Assembly (NCBI RefSeq): GCF_963921235.1
Contig: NC_086097.1
Span: forward strand, 56,670,001 to 56,734,000
Source of the DNA: Mobula hypostoma
Taxonomy: Eukaryota
Length of the DNA stretch: 64,000 bases
Direction: 5' to 3'
The notes beneath the pieces were generated by a model. It made no database searches, was not told the origin of the DNA, and saw only the letters and a program-made list of their open reading frames with translations. The position numbers and the translations under genes are program-made. Of this stretch, positions 12,246-25,628 are shown in pieces (the stretch's first letter is position 1; each line of letters starts with the position of its first letter).

Positions 12246-12372
12246 GAGTCCTGAAGAAGGTTCTTGGCCCAAAACATTGACTGTTTATTCATTTCCATAG
12301 ATGTTGCTTGACCTGCTGAGTTCCTCCAGCACTTTGTGTGTATTGCATCTACGGAATTTCTCATGTTTATGA
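12246..12372 (+). mobile_element. Penelope-like terminal fragment with degenerate hammerhead motif
   Basis: gagtc-CTGAAGA-aggttcttggccc-AAAA-cattgactg, followed by the tail shared with other Penelope ends in the window (gacctgctgagttcctccagca). Confidence 0.8.
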
Positions 12373-12397
12373 ATTCCCAACAAAAACTGTTTGATTT

Positions 12398-15300
12398 AAA
12401 TGGAGCGGCCATTGTGTGAGTGGGCCAGTGTTACAGTGGAGCGTTCGGACTTTGGGTTATAGAAACTTCCATGAGGAGAGGTGTAGGGTGTAGGCAGATT
12501 TTTTTCATTTAATTTTTCTTTCTTCATTCTTATTGCAGTTCGAGCAGTGGGGATGCGAGGCAGAATAGTGAAATGCTCTTCTTGCAGGATGTGGGGAGGC
12601 AGGGAGACCTCCAGTGTCCCTGGCAACTACACCTGCAAGAGGTACAAAAGGGAGCTTCTTTCAGACTCTGTTAAGGAACTGGAGCCGGAATTCCAAATCA
12701 TTTGGGAGGCTGAGGGGTTAATCAACAGGACATAAAGGGAAGTCGTTACACACAAAGTTCAGGACAAGGGCTCAGGAGGGGGAAAGGGTACAGGTAGCCA
12801 GTGCAGAGTACCCCTGTGGCCATTCCCCTCAACAACAGGTATACCGCTTTGGATACTGTTGGTGGGGATCCTCTAACAGAGGAAAGCCACAATGGCTGGG
12901 TCTCTGGCACTGAGTTAGGTAGAAAGCTGTAAAGAAGGGCCTCTGAGTAGTAATCTGTGGATTGCTGCCTATACAATACACCAGAGAGGGTGAGAATAGG
13001 ATGCATGGCTGAGGAATTGGTGCAGGGGACAGGGTTTTAGATTTATAGATCATTAGGATCCATTCAAAAAGGGTGTGTTACACCTTAACCCAAGAAGGAC
13101 AGATATCATTGTTGGCAGGTCTGCTAGAGCTGTTGGGGAGGGTTTGAACTAATTTGGAGGGGGATGGGAACCGGAGTGATAGGCCTGACAATGAGGCAGT
13201 AGATACAGTGTGCAGTGAGACTTTCAGGAAGGACAGGCAGATGATAGGACAAAATTTCAGTCAGTGGGATGAGTTAACGTGTAACACAAGAGCATAATTT
13301 TTGAATGCACATAGTATACAGAATAAGGTAGATAATCTTACAGCACAATTAGACATTGCCAGATATGACATTGTGGGCATTCACTGAGTTGTGGCTGAAA
13401 GATCATAGTTGGGAGCTTAGCATCTAACTTAGTATCAAAAGGACAAGCAGGTAGGAAGAGGGGCGGGTGGCCCTGTTGAATAAAATCCTTAAACAAAGGT
13501 GGCGTAGGATCGGAAGATATAGAATCCTTGTAGATAGAATTAAGATACTGCAAGAGTAAAAAGATTCCATGGGAGGTGTATACTGGTATTCGAATAGTAG
13601 CTGGAATGTGGGATACTAATTACAATGGTATATATAGTAGAAAAGGCAAGTAAAAGGTCAATATTACAATAGTGATGATGGATTTCAATATGCTTGTAGA
13701 TACGGAAAATCAAATTGGAGCTAGATCCCAAGAGCTGGAATTTGTAGAATGTCTATAAGATAGCTTTTTAGAGCAGCTTGTGATTGAGCCTACTAAAGGA
13801 AAGGCATGGGGTGTTGTGTAATGAATCAGATTTGATTAGAGAGCTTAAGGTAAAGGAACCCTTAGGAGACAGTGATCATAATGTGATAGAATTTACCCTG
13901 CAGTTTGAAAGGAAGAAACTAAAGTAAGATGTATCAGTATTATTGTGGAGAAAAATAAATTACAGAGGCATGAGAGAGGAGCTGGCCAAAGCTGATTGGA
14001 ACAGGACACCAGCAGGGATGATTGCAGAGCAGCAATGGCTGGAGTTTCAAAGGGCAAGTCAGAAGGCACAGGGTAAATACATCCCAAGGAAGTAGTATTC
14101 TAAAGGGAGGATGACGTAACTGTGCTGACAGAGGAAATCAAAGATAGCATATAATATAGCAAAGATTAGTGGGAAGTTAGAGAATTGGAAAGTTTTTAAA
14201 AAGCAGCAGAAGACAACTAAAAAACTCATACAGAGAGAAAATATGAAATATGAAATATGCCATACAAAGAGTAAAGTGAGGTGAGAATGGATATCGGACC
14301 ACTGGAAAATGATGCTAATGGGGGACTAGTGGTAGTGGTAATGGTAGTAAAGGGGGACAAAGAAATGGTGGAGGAACTTAATAAGTATATTGCATCAGCC
14401 TTTACTGTGGAAGGCACTAGCAGTATGCCAGAAATTCGAGAGAGTGTTAGGGGGCAGAAATTAGTGCAGTTACTATTACTAAGGAGAAGGCACTTGGAAC
14501 CTGAAAGGTCAGAACGTTTATAAGTCACCTGGACAGGATGCACTACACTTGAGGGTAGTGAAAGTGGTAGCTGAAGAGTTTGTAAAGGGATTAGTAATGA
14601 TCTTTCAAGAATCACTAGATTCTGAAATGGTTCTGGAGAACCGGAAATTGCAGTTTAAGAAGGGAGAGGCAGAAGAAAGGAAATCATAGGCCAGCTAACC
14701 TGACTCCAGTGGTTGGGAAGATGTTAGACTTCATTATTGAGGATGAGGTTTGGGGGTAATTGGAGGCACATAATAAAATATGCTGAAGTCAGCAATGTTT
14801 CCTTAAGGGGAAATCTTGCCTGACAAATCTGTTGGAATTCTTTGAGGAAATAACAAGCAAAGATAGATAAAGAAGAGTCTGTGGATGTGGTGTACTTCGA
14901 TTTTCAGAAGGCTTTTGATATGAGGCTGCTCAAGAAGATGAGGGCATATGGTATTGCATGAAAGATATTAGCATGGATAGAAGATTGGCTGGGTGGCAGC
15001 AGAATAAAGGGGGCCTGTACTTGTTGGCCGCTGATGACTAGTGGTGTTCCACAGGCATAATTCTTTTCACATTATCATCAATGATTTGGATGACGGAATT
15101 GATGGCTTTGTGGCCAAGCTTGCGGATGATGTGAAGAAAGGTGGAGCGGCAGGTAGTGTTGAGGAAGCAGGGAGCTTGCAGAAAGACTTGAACAGTTTGG
15201 GAGAATGGGCAAAGAAGTGGCAGAAGAATATAGTGTACGGAATTATATGGTCATGCGCTTTGGCAGGAAAAAAAGCGTAGGCCTGTGGTTCCCAAAGTGT

Positions 15301-18025
15301 ACGATATCACCCCCTGAGGACAGTGTGAGTTTCCAAGGGTGCAATAAAGATAAAGGGGGCACTCAGTAGCAAGAGGGGGCATAGCTGAGAGATTACAGGT
15401 TTATTGTAGGAAATCACTTATTATAAGCATTTGATCCTCAGTGCCTCATAATGGATTACAATGATCATGTGATCACTTCAACTCTTGCAAACCCACTATT
15501 CTCTTAGACTTTGCTCAAAGCATGTTACAGTTGTTGAAAAGCAATGTGACAATTTTGTATTTAGCATATCATGAGTAATCTGGATTGAAGAGGTTGTGCT
15601 ATTTCCGGGCATCTTAAGTGACAACACTCTGATAAAGCAAGCAAAAACTGGCTTATTTTCAATCACTTTGTGAAAACTTTCAGAAATGAACAGCACTTCA
15701 CGTGAAATGTCTGAGACATATTGTGCAACATACTTTTGACAACAGAATTTGTTCTGCTGTTGGACGAGTCAGTTTAGCCAGGCAATGAATTTTTGCTTCA
15801 TGGTTAAGTTTGATTCATAAAAGATGGGTCACGAGTTTTTACTTGCATGGACTAGAAACAGATGTGAAGGGGTAGTCTATATTTTGGGTTGTTGAGCAAT
15901 ATCTTAAAGAGAAGAGCATTCCACTCACTAACATTCTTGCTGGTGTAACAGATGAGGCACCATGGACACCACCGTGGGGTTATTACTTCCTTGAAAAAAG
16001 CTGTATCTTATCGTTCACCATGTAATTCACAGACAATATCTTGTCGCAATAAAACTAAGTGGTCAGCTGAGCATATCATTAAATACTGTTATCACAGCAG
16101 TAAATAAGTCAAGTCCCATACTCTGAATTCCTGACTATTTGGAGAGCTTTGTATTGAGAATGATGAACTTTTTGAACACTTGCTGATGCACACAGAAGTC
16201 AGATGGCTCTCAAAAGGAAACTGCCTGAAACATTTTTATGCAATTTTTGAAACGGTGATATAATTCTTTGAACACTCAAGTGCTTCATTTGTAATCAACT
16301 CAATTTGAGTAATCAACTCAAGAATATTAGGCACGATGTTGCTTATTTATCAGAATTATTTGCAAAGTTTAATGAAATCAATATTCAATTGCAAGGAAAT
16401 AATGTGAATCTTATCAAAGTCAAATCAGTCATCTCCACACTTCTTTCCAGTTAACCCTATTTAAGTGTAACATTGACCTTCGTGATCTTTTCCAATTTCT
16501 GAGCCTCTCTGAGTTGGAAGAGAAAGAAAGAATACCAGATGATAACCTTCAAGTACAGTACACTGTGCCCATCTGGGTGATCTGAATAAGGGCATGTCAA
16601 AGAGATTCCAGGATCTCCTCTTGATCCAGATTCCAGATTAGGTAATATATCCACTACTGAACACTTGTAATGAGGAATTAACAGGAGGACAGGAGGAAGA
16701 GCTAACCTTCTTACAAAACAACTTCGAGCTGAAACCAAAGTTCAGTAGGTCATTATCAAGACTTATTGTTGCAGAAAGAAATCTCTGAATGCTATCCTGC
16801 ACTGTGGAATAAGATCAAGATGTTCTTTATTGCCTTTCCAATATCATATTTACTGGTATGTGGTTTCAGTGCAGTTGCCCAACTTCTTTCAAAGCAAAAA
16901 AATAAATTGCAAATTACTGAAGGTAGGGATCTGAAACACCTTCCGACATTCATCCTGATGTTGAGAAGCAGCTATCACTGCACCAAAACCATCCATTTCA
17001 TTGAATAGTGAAAAAGCAATAAAGTAGTACATGGTTAGACTATTAATATACACTCTAAAATTGTTTTACTGTAATTAAATAAAGAAATAATTTCATTTAT
17101 AGTTTTAAATAGATTTGAATAAATTTTGCAATCAGTTGTCATTGCTTTGAATTTGCAGTTTCCATTCTCTTTCACTGTGCACCTATATCAAAATTCGTTA
17201 TGGTTTTTATGTAATATCCTGAAAGGGAGAGGGAGATGCTGGGGTGTGGTCTCGGAGCCAAGGGGGTGGTAACCCAATAAAGCTTGGGAACCACTTATGT
17301 TGACAACTTTCTAAATAGGGAGAAAATTCAAAAATCAGAGGTGCAAAGAGACTTGGAAGTCCTCCTGCAAGATTTCCTAAGGGTTCACTTGCAGGTTGAG
17401 TTGATGGTAAAGAAGGCAAATGCAATGCAGTGTTTGTTTTGAGAGGACTAGAATAAGGCTGAGGCTTTAGAAGCCACTGGTCAGAATGTACTTGGAGTAT
17501 TGTAAGCAGTTTTAAGCCCCTTATCTGAGAAAAGATGTGCTGGCATTGGAGAGGGTCCAGAGGAGGTTCACAACAATTATTCCAGCAATGAAAGGGTTAA
17601 CATATGGAGACCATTTTATGGTTCTGGATCTGTACTCGCTGGAGTTTAGAAGAATGGGGGCGGGGTGAAGAATCTCATTGAAATCTATCAAATATTCAAA
17701 GGCCAGGACAGAGTGGCTATAAAGAGGATGTTTCCTTTTGTGGGGGAGACTAGACCCCAGAGGGCATAGCCTCAGAATAGAGGGATGTCCATTTAAAACA
17801 GAAATGAGAAGGAATTTCTTTAGTCAGAGGATAGTCATTCTGTGGAATTCATTGCCACAGACAGCTATGGTGCCAAGTTCTTGATTAGTCAGGATGTCAA
17901 CTGTTTATGGGATAAAGCAAGATAATGGAGTTGAGAGGGATAATAAATAAGCTATGATGGAATAGTAGATCAAACTCAATGGGCTGAATGGCCTAATTCT
18001 GCCCCTATGTCTTATGGTCTTATGG
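12398..18025 (+). mobile_element. Near full-span decayed CR1 LINE, split by a hAT transposon at 15283-17296
   Basis: ORF1 start MRGRIVKCSSCRMW (from about 12550), endonuclease region about 13300-13900, RT motifs VDVVYFDFQKAFD and AKLADD. CR1 sequence resumes at 17297 and ends in gcctaattctgcccctatgtcttatggtcttatgg. Confidence 0.92.
15283..17296 (+). mobile_element. hAT (Charlie/Buster, SCAND3/ZBED-like) DNA transposon with decayed transposase
   Basis: TIRs ctgtggttcccaaa / cttgggaaccactt. Degenerate 8-bp TSD gcgtaggc (15275-15282) / atgttgac (17297-17304). LLMHTEVRWLSKGNCL near 16180-16227 and hAT dimerisation motif FPISYLLVCGFSAV...KQKNKL (16766-17008). Confidence 0.9.
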
Positions 18026-18029
18026 ATTA

Positions 18030-18226
18030 TGCTGTCAAGGATAGTGGTAGAAGCAGATATAGTAGGGACATTTTAGAGTCTCTTAGCTAGGGATATGGAT
18101 GAAAGAAAAACGGAGGGCTTGTGGGAGGGACAGGTGTGATTAATCTTAGAGTAGATTAAAAGTTTGGCACAACATTGTGGGATGAAGGGCCTGCCCTGTG
18201 CAGTAATGTTCCATGTTCCCTGTTCT
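18030..18226 (+). mobile_element. CR1 3' tail (second subfamily)
   Basis: gtggtagaagcagata...ggcacaacattgtgggatgaagggcctg...atgttccatgttc. Same tail type as 42880-43027. Confidence 0.8.
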
Positions 18227-18709
18227 ACGTTACGTACCTACCAAACATTGTTACCTCGCATGCCTATTGGGTCACCTCTCCTTTCACAATACCAATGGAA
18301 TGTGAAATTCTTGCTCTTCCTCAATCTTCCCCAGAAAATTCTTCACTATGTAATCACTGATTAATCTATTCTCATAACACATTAAAATTGGCTGCTCCAT
18401 GACTAAATCCATGGGAAGGTGAGGCAATTGAATGTGGTAATCAGAAAGCTTTAAGATATCAACATTTTGGCATGAGATTCCATACAGAAGAGTATGAATT
18501 TTCAGCACATGCCCAACAGGTGCATAGCAAAATGATACTGCACTTTGGAGCATGTACATCTGATCGGAAGTGAATGCTATACGGCAACTTGCAATGCTGA
18601 AAAAAGATTGATTTGAACAAAGCAGCCTCAAATAGATAGAGCATAATAAAGTAGGAAACACTTTGGTATTGAATCAAAACACTGAGCATGTCTGTCCAAT
18701 ACTACTTAC

Positions 18710-18741
18710 TTTATTTTTTATTTTCTCTAGCCAGCTTCTAA
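18710..18741 (-). CDS. ARMH4: ARMH4 32-nt exon, phase 1-0
   Basis: tctttttgcag|TT AGA AGC TGG CTA GAG AAA ATA AAA AAT AAA|gtaagt gives (V)RSWLEKIKNK, matching recalled ARMH4 VRSWMEKLKDK. Splices in frame onto the 9576-9710 exon. Confidence 0.9.
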
Positions 18742-19994
18742 CTGCAAAAAGATATAAGAAAATATTTGTGTTAGAAAGAACAAGTAATCTTTTGATACAA
18801 ACATGAAATAATTTAATTGAGCCAAAGCTTACTAAATAATTAATTAAATACACCACTATGTCATAGAATTGAAGCAGATGTAGCAAGACCAATGGCAAAA
18901 TATTAATCCTGGCAAATAGATACTGTAGTTTGCATTCAATTATGAGTTCTATGAAGTCGAATCTGTCAGTAGTCTTGTGTAGACTACCACTTTCTAGTAA
19001 AGTGTGTTTTGCAATCTGCATTTATAATCCAACAGAATTACAGGTAGATTCCAGTCTCATCTAATAAATCAAATCATGAAATTTAATGCAATATATAAGT
19101 AGTCAAATTTATTCCTTTTCAATTTCTTACTCCACTGAAGCAACAATGAGATTTCCAACAAAGCCAATTCATGCTATTCTAAACAGGTTTCAGATTCATT
19201 GTTGCTCATTTATTTGTCCATACATAAAGTCTGGAAATAACAGGGACATAATGCTTCCCTGAATCATTGGCAGGAGATTGATATGGGAATAGTTAGAATC
19301 TAATGCATATGTAGGAAATCTGATGGACAGTTTAGGTCTAATGGTGGTGGTATTCAAGTGCTAAATTCAACAGCAGTAAAGGTTAGGAAATATTCTATTA
19401 CCTATTGCAATACTCTCTACAATGAAAATGGTTATTGCAATGGGAATAATTACAATGCAAAATGATACATTTCAATGGCATTGCCTGCTGTGCTGAACTT
19501 TCAGCTCCTGAACAGAGATACCATAACTGTGATTTCATTTATAATGATGGTTCTAAGTATGGTTTTCAATTGGTCTTGTGCACACTGAGCATGAATAATA
19601 AGGCAACAGAAACAACTATCCTTAATGAGCCCATAAATGACTCTGCTGCCAGATCTACAACATGAATATTTTTTCACCATCTGTACCAGTGAACATTGGC
19701 ACTGAGTTCATAATCACCAAAGGGTTCCATAAGGATGGAGTTATAATGTGTGCCATTTTGATGATGAGTAACCCAAAAATTCAAGGATACAGAATAGATT
19801 AAATATTAATTTTATTAGCACCATCATTTCTTTGTTTCATCAGAAAATAATTTACCCTGTAGGTACACGGTTATAATGTAAATGTGCATAAGATTCCAGA
19901 ACAAATTTAGTATGTGATTATAGTGACGTCATTTAAGATCAGGAGAGGCAACTGATTTTGAGGATTTCCAGCATCTTATGTGTTTATGATTTCA

Positions 19995-20395
19995 AGGGTG
20001 GTCTATCATGAGGAGAGAAAACACTCTGTACATTAGAGTTTCAAAGAACAAGAGATCAAGCTGAAACTCACAAAAAACAGGCTGAATGCAGGGAAAGATG
20101 TTTCCCCTTGTTGTACAGTCACATTCTCTGGATATGGCCTAAGACAGTTGGTTTGGGATGAGGAAAAATTTCTTTACTTCAGGCTAGTGAACCTGTGGAA
20201 TTCTCACTGCAGAGGCTGCGGGGGCCAAGTTGTGGAATATATTTAACATTGTGGTAGATCCTTTTCTAGATACAAAATTTCAAAGGTTATGTAATGTAGC
20301 ACGTGTATTGTATTGAGATAGAGCATTAGCAATAATTATATGAAATGTTGGAGATGGCCTGAAGGATGATTGGCCTTCTCCTGCTCTTGATTTTA
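19995..20395 (+). mobile_element. Old CR1 3' fragment
   Basis: ttagagtttcaaagaacaag, gtgaacctgtggaattctc, and a tail resembling ggcctgaagg...tggccttctcctgctc. Confidence 0.65.
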
Positions 20396-20424
20396 GGTGT
20401 TGGATCTGGACACAAAACATCAGA

Positions 20425-21425
20425 TGTTCTACCACTGATGGGGCCCTCATCCGCATCTTCTCCATTTCCCAAACAACCATGTTCACCCCATCTTCCAGCG
20501 CCTTAACAGGGATAGAGTTCCTCTCCTTCTTTACAATACCACCCATGAGCCTCTGCACCCAACCCATCAATCTCCACAACTTCTGCCACCTTCAATGAGA
20601 TCCTACTACCAAACACATCTTTACTTTCCCCCACCCCACTCTGCGGTTTTTGCAGACATCACTCCTGCTGTGATTTCTGTGATCATTCATCCCTCTCCAT
20701 TAACCTCTCTCTTGACACTTATCCCTGCAAGCGAGAGAAATGTTACACCTGTCTATTCACCTCCTCTGTCACCTCCATTCTAGGCCCAATCAGTCCTTCC
20801 AGGTGAGGTAACACCTGAAAATCTATTTGGGTCCTCTATTGTATCCAGTGCTCCCAATCCAGCCTTCTCTACATTGATGAGACCTAACATAATTTGGGGG
20901 CCATTTTGTCGAGCACCTCTGCTCCACCAAAAGCAGAATTTCGCAGTAGCCAAACATTTTAACTCTTATCTGGCATGGGTGGAGGAGTAACACCTCATAT
21001 TCCATCTGGGTAGCCTCCAACCTGATGGCATGAACATCGATTTCTCCTTCCAGTAATTTTTTTTCTGTTTTTGTTCCTCTTCTCCTCCCCCTTCCCTCTT
21101 CTATTCCTCACTCTGGCTTCTTACCTCTTCTCCTCACCTGCCTATCACCTCCCCTTGATGCCCCTCCTCCTACCTTTTATCCCATGGTCCACTCTTCTCT
21201 CCTATCAGATTCCTTCTTCTCCAGTCCTTACCTTTCCCACCCACCTGACTTCACCTATCACCTTCTAGTTTGTCCTCCTTCCCCTCCCTGCATCTTTTAA
21301 TTCTGGCACCTTTTCCCCCTTCCCTTCCAATCCTGATGAAGGGTCTCAGCTTGAAATGTCGACTCTATTCCTCTCCTCAGATGCTCCCCAACCTGCTGAA
21401 TTCCTCCAGCATTGCATGTTGCATC
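20425..21425 (+). mobile_element. Penelope-like element 3' part (GIY-YIG region, pyrimidine-rich tract, terminal hammerhead motif)
   Basis: gatagagttcctctc; tccttccaggtgagg; ctctattgtatccagtgctc...ctctacattgatgagacc (YCIxCS...LYIxET). Homologous to 30150-30420 and 36722-37423. Confidence 0.85.
21328..21365 (+). ncRNA. Minimal type I hammerhead ribozyme motif of a Penelope terminus (best-preserved copy)
   Basis: CTGATGA at 21333-21339, weak stem II agg/ctt, GAAA at 21353-21356, GTC at 21358-21360, and imperfect stem I aatc/gact. Activity is unknown. Confidence 0.6.
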
Positions 21426-22324
21426 AGATGTTGCTTGTCATTTGTCAGTCAAGATTCAGTTAAAAAAAAACAGAAAATGCTCTCTCTCCTAATCTTAACT
21501 GAATCAGTATTATTCTTTACCCAACAAAAGGGTGGCCTAATTGTAATCATTCTCGGAATTACCATGGCATAAACAGCACAGGAATAGATCATTTGACCCA
21601 GCTAATCCGCACTGATATTTATACCCTAACTAAAGTCAACAAATCAGACAGCATCTGTGATAAGAGATAAACAGTTAACATATCAGGTCTGAGATCTTTT
21701 ATCACGAAACCAAATGCATTTCGACTCAACTCCTCACTTTACAATATACTGTACACCTCAGATTGACTATCTGAAATGCACTAGTGGCAAAACACCCGAT
21801 AACAACCTTCAGAAAAGAAGGAGATAAATAGCTGAAAGGAATATATCCAGGACTAAAGAGTAAAAAGGGAATGAAAGTAACTGGACAGCCCTTTCAAAAA
21901 GCACAACATACTGACTTGCTGTCTTCTACGCTGCATCATTGTATGTTTGAATGTTGCCACCATGTGCAGCTTTCTGGTATGAATGGGAGTAGGGGTGTCA
22001 GGAACAAAGATTCAGATACTCAACGAAAAATATTTTATAGGATTTTTAATATTCTGTTTTAATTGACCAAATGTACATCTGGATTCCCTGAAATTATTCA
22101 TTCCTAGTGGGAAAGATTTACAGGCACTTTCTACTTCTATTTCTTAGTTGAAAATATTTCAAATCATTGAGTGAGTATGATGTCTGTAAGGAATATAGAA
22201 CCATGTAGATACTTGCCCAATGAACAGAAATAATGGCTGCTAAATATTGTAATTAATAACCGTGTACTAGCTCTTCCATATAATACTTCACAGTGCTCGT
22301 CCCTTGAGCTCACAAAAAAATTTA

Positions 22325-22640
22325 AGATTGAAGATTCAAGGTTATTTATTGTCACCCATCAGTACACGAGAGCAAAGGAAAATGAAATGATTCTAATTCC
22401 AGATCTAGTGCAGCGTTAAAAATACAAGCATAAAGAACATGATTAAGAAAAAAGAAAAGTACAATAAATATAAATATAAAAGAAATCATATAAAACAAAA
22501 TGTACAAGTAACTGTTAGACTGTGGCCTTATATACATAAGATTAGCTCATATATATAGACCGTATGTACATAAAGTGACAGTAGGTGCAGGAGTATCTGT
22601 ACACAAGATGACTGAGAGGAAATGATACAGTGACTCTGAA
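22325..22640 (-). mobile_element. LINE 3' tail remnant (Rex1-like or L2-like)
   Basis: The minus strand ends in gacaataaataaccttgaatcttcaatctt, a polyA-like signal plus short tandem tail. Confidence 0.5.
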
Positions 22641-24308
22641 CAAGAGCAACTCTTGTAGGTAGCAGCCAGACATATGATCACACAGTAGAACAGTGACTAT
22701 ATCAGTGTCAGAATATAGGTCAAATTCAAATTTTTTAAATATTGATCATGTATCTTAGCAACTTTCTAATGTTAACTCTTTGGTAATGAGGGGTGTGCTA
22801 TTTAAAAATATGAGAACGTCCTTTGGTCGTGGCCCACCAGAAGCAAATTTTGTGCCTTTACCTGCATTCCCTGTCTAATTATTTTTCGTTAGGTTTATCT
22901 GCACGTTTGTTACTTGCTTCCAGAGAAGACCTGCACTCTTGGGAGATACCCAGCCGCAGGAGGGAAAGTGAGTAAATATTACCAGCACAGGTACCTGCTA
23001 CAGAAGAATATTGTTAATGCCTTCTGAAACAGCAGAAAAAAAGAGAAAAGGGGGACTATATTTTTTAAACACAATACTTATTCAATTTCACCACAACAAA
23101 TAATAGTCCTGTTTTGCCTTTAAAATGTAAAGCATCCCTTCCACAAATCTATAGAAACAAATTATGAATTACCTTGCAATAAACTAATGCATTGATTTAA
23201 ATTGAAGCATTAATTAATGAGTCTGCATTGGCATCTCTGTGACACTACAAGAAATGGACAATTATATGTATGTAATAGTGACTGAGAAAGAGGGAGCTGT
23301 CAAAAATGAATGGAATGAAGATCATCAGCAAAAATAACCAGAACATCGAATAAATGAGCCAGTGTAACAAGATGTACAAAAAAGAGAGTAGTGTCTTATG
23401 GACATCCTTCTTATTTCCCCCGCCATCTCTGTCCTTTAAGAATCATGGCTCTGCAAGCACCAAGCAGAGCTGTAGGATCAATGCCTCAAAGTGCTGCTAA
23501 CACTGCACTCTGCTGAGAAAAAATATCACCTCCCTGAAAGGGTTCAAATCCAATCCACTTAATGCAAAGTTTTCTTATATGGACAGTCACCATGGATTCA
23601 CCCATCGACAGAGGTAGTACAGAAGCAATTACAACAAATGGAATTCTGTGGCTTCTGTTTAAATAAAGCACATTCTGAGCATTGTGCAAGGTGCTAGCCA
23701 AGGCAATAGTTAATGCTTTCCCACCTGTAACCACCAATATTTATTTGACATTTAGTTAATGTGCTGCTCATGATTATCTTATAGTCTTTCTTCCACCTCT
23801 CCTTCCCCTTTATAGTCAGATCTATACAAATCTGCTGAATCGTGGTTTTCAGATCCACATTAAGTGAAATTGATTTTTATTTGGCTTAATTTCCAAAGTG
23901 CTTATCCATCATTAAATGCTCCTGACTGGTTAAATACGGTGCTAAATCCCACAATAAACTGCTTGGCTGCTTAGTCTGCCTCTCACAAACCCAGCGTTAT
24001 TGGCATGTTTATTGTGTGTCTATTTCAGGTAACTAACACAGGGAGGTGTCTTCAAACCACCAGCATGATCTGGTCAACTAAGATATAATTTGAGGTATCA
24101 GAAAAATATAATACATGTCTTGCACAGTTATGTATTGAGGTACATAAGGTCATTGGAAATGTTTGGGAAATGCAGGATCAAATTTTAGAACATATTGGAA
24201 TTAGCTCACAGGAAAGCCAGAAGTAACAGCAGCATGTCTCTGCCTGGCTTTTCAACACAGCCACATCTATATTGGTGGTGCTTCCCCACTAGTGAGCATG
24301 AGGGGGTA

Positions 24309-25068
24309 TTGAACTGAATTGAATTAACTTTATTTCTTACATCCTTCGCATACATGAAGAGTAAAAATCTTTACGTTACATCTCCATCTAAATGTGTAAT
24401 GTGCAATTTACAGTGATTTATAATAAATAACAAGACAGTCAATATAACATAGAAATACAATTGTGTCAGTGTGAATTAATCAGTCTGATGGCCTGGTGGA
24501 AGAAGCTGTCCTGGAGCCTGTTGGTCCTGGCTTTTATGCTGCGGTACCGTTTCCCAGCTGGTAGCAGCTGCAACAGTCTGTGGTTGGGGTGACTGGGGTC
24601 CACAATGATCCTTTGGGCCCTTTTTATACACCTCTCTTTGTAAATGTCCTGAATAGTGGGAAGTTCACATCTACAGATGCACTGGGCTGCCCGCACCACT
24701 CTCTGCAGAGCCCTGTAATTGAGGGAAGTACAGATCCCACACCAGGCAGTGATGCAGCCAATCAGGATGCTCTCAACTGTGCCCTTGAAGAAAGTTCTTA
24801 GGATTTGGGGGCCCATACCAAACTTCTTCAACCATCTGAGGTGAAGGAAGCACTGTTGTGACTTTTTCACCACACAGCTGATGTGTACAGACCACGTGAG
24901 ATCCTCGGTGATGTGTATACCGAGGAACTTAAAGCTGTTCAACCTCTCAACCCCAAATCCATTGGTGTCAATAGGGGTTAGCCTGTCTCCATTCCTCCCG
25001 TAGTCCACAACCAGCTCCTTTGTTTTTGCGCCATTAAGGGAGAGGTTGTTCTCTTGACACCATTGCTT
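24309..25068 (-). mobile_element. Rex1/Babar LINE 3' fragment
   Basis: ORF 24466-25008 has SFKFLGIHITEDLTWS...ESILIGCITAW...HPNHRLLQLLPAGKRYRS...DSFFHQAIR. Tail aataaagttaattcaattcagttcaa. Confidence 0.92.
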
Positions 25069-25074
25069 TAATGG

Positions 25075-25628
25075 GACACTCTAAACACACAATTTGATTA
25101 GAGTTCAGAACACAATGCAAACAATTGCAGATTGTCTCCTCACATATGATGCCAGGTTTGTAAGGGAATATAGGGAGATATTCCTCAGTATACACGTCAA
25201 CGCCATCACAGCACACTCTGAAGAAGACCTCCAACGTATCCTGAATGTCTTTTCCAAGACATATAGAGCCCTAGGTCTTGTTTTGAATATAAAAAAGATA
25301 CATATCAGCCATTTATCCAGCCCTCCATAAAAGCTGACGATATCGTCCTTGAAAATGTAGACCACTTTTCCTACTTTGGCAGCATTCTCTCCTTAAAAGC
25401 AGACATCGACTCAGAGATAAACTGCCACCTGAGTGGTGCGAGTGAAGTCTATACAAGATTAAGGAAAAGAGTTTCTGAAGACAGCGATCTACTGGTCCAA
25501 ACAAAACTTTTGTTCTATAGAGCAGTCGTCCTTTCCACACTACTGAATGAGCTGATTGGACCCTGCAATAGACACATGAAGCCCTGGATCAATAGCATCA
25601 AAGATTTTGAGGATCAGCTGGAAGGACA
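25075..25628 (+). mobile_element. RTE-clade LINE RT fragment
   Basis: TAHSEEDLQRILNVFSKTYRALGLVLNIKK, followed by ENVDHFSYFGS-like and KLLFYRAVVLSTLL segments. Confidence 0.75.

Noticed and set aside
15700..17008. Domesticated ZBED/SCAND3-type gene
   Set aside because: Multiple stops and frameshifts; it is still bounded by TIRs and nested in a CR1.
19396..19452. Small inverted repeat around tattgcaat
   Set aside because: Short, AT-rich and self-palindromic; expected by chance.
24466..25008. Rex1 C-terminal ORFs (also 4469-4834 and 42139-42729) as host genes
   Set aside because: They are 5'-truncated LINE ends with repeat tails, present in many copies in this window.
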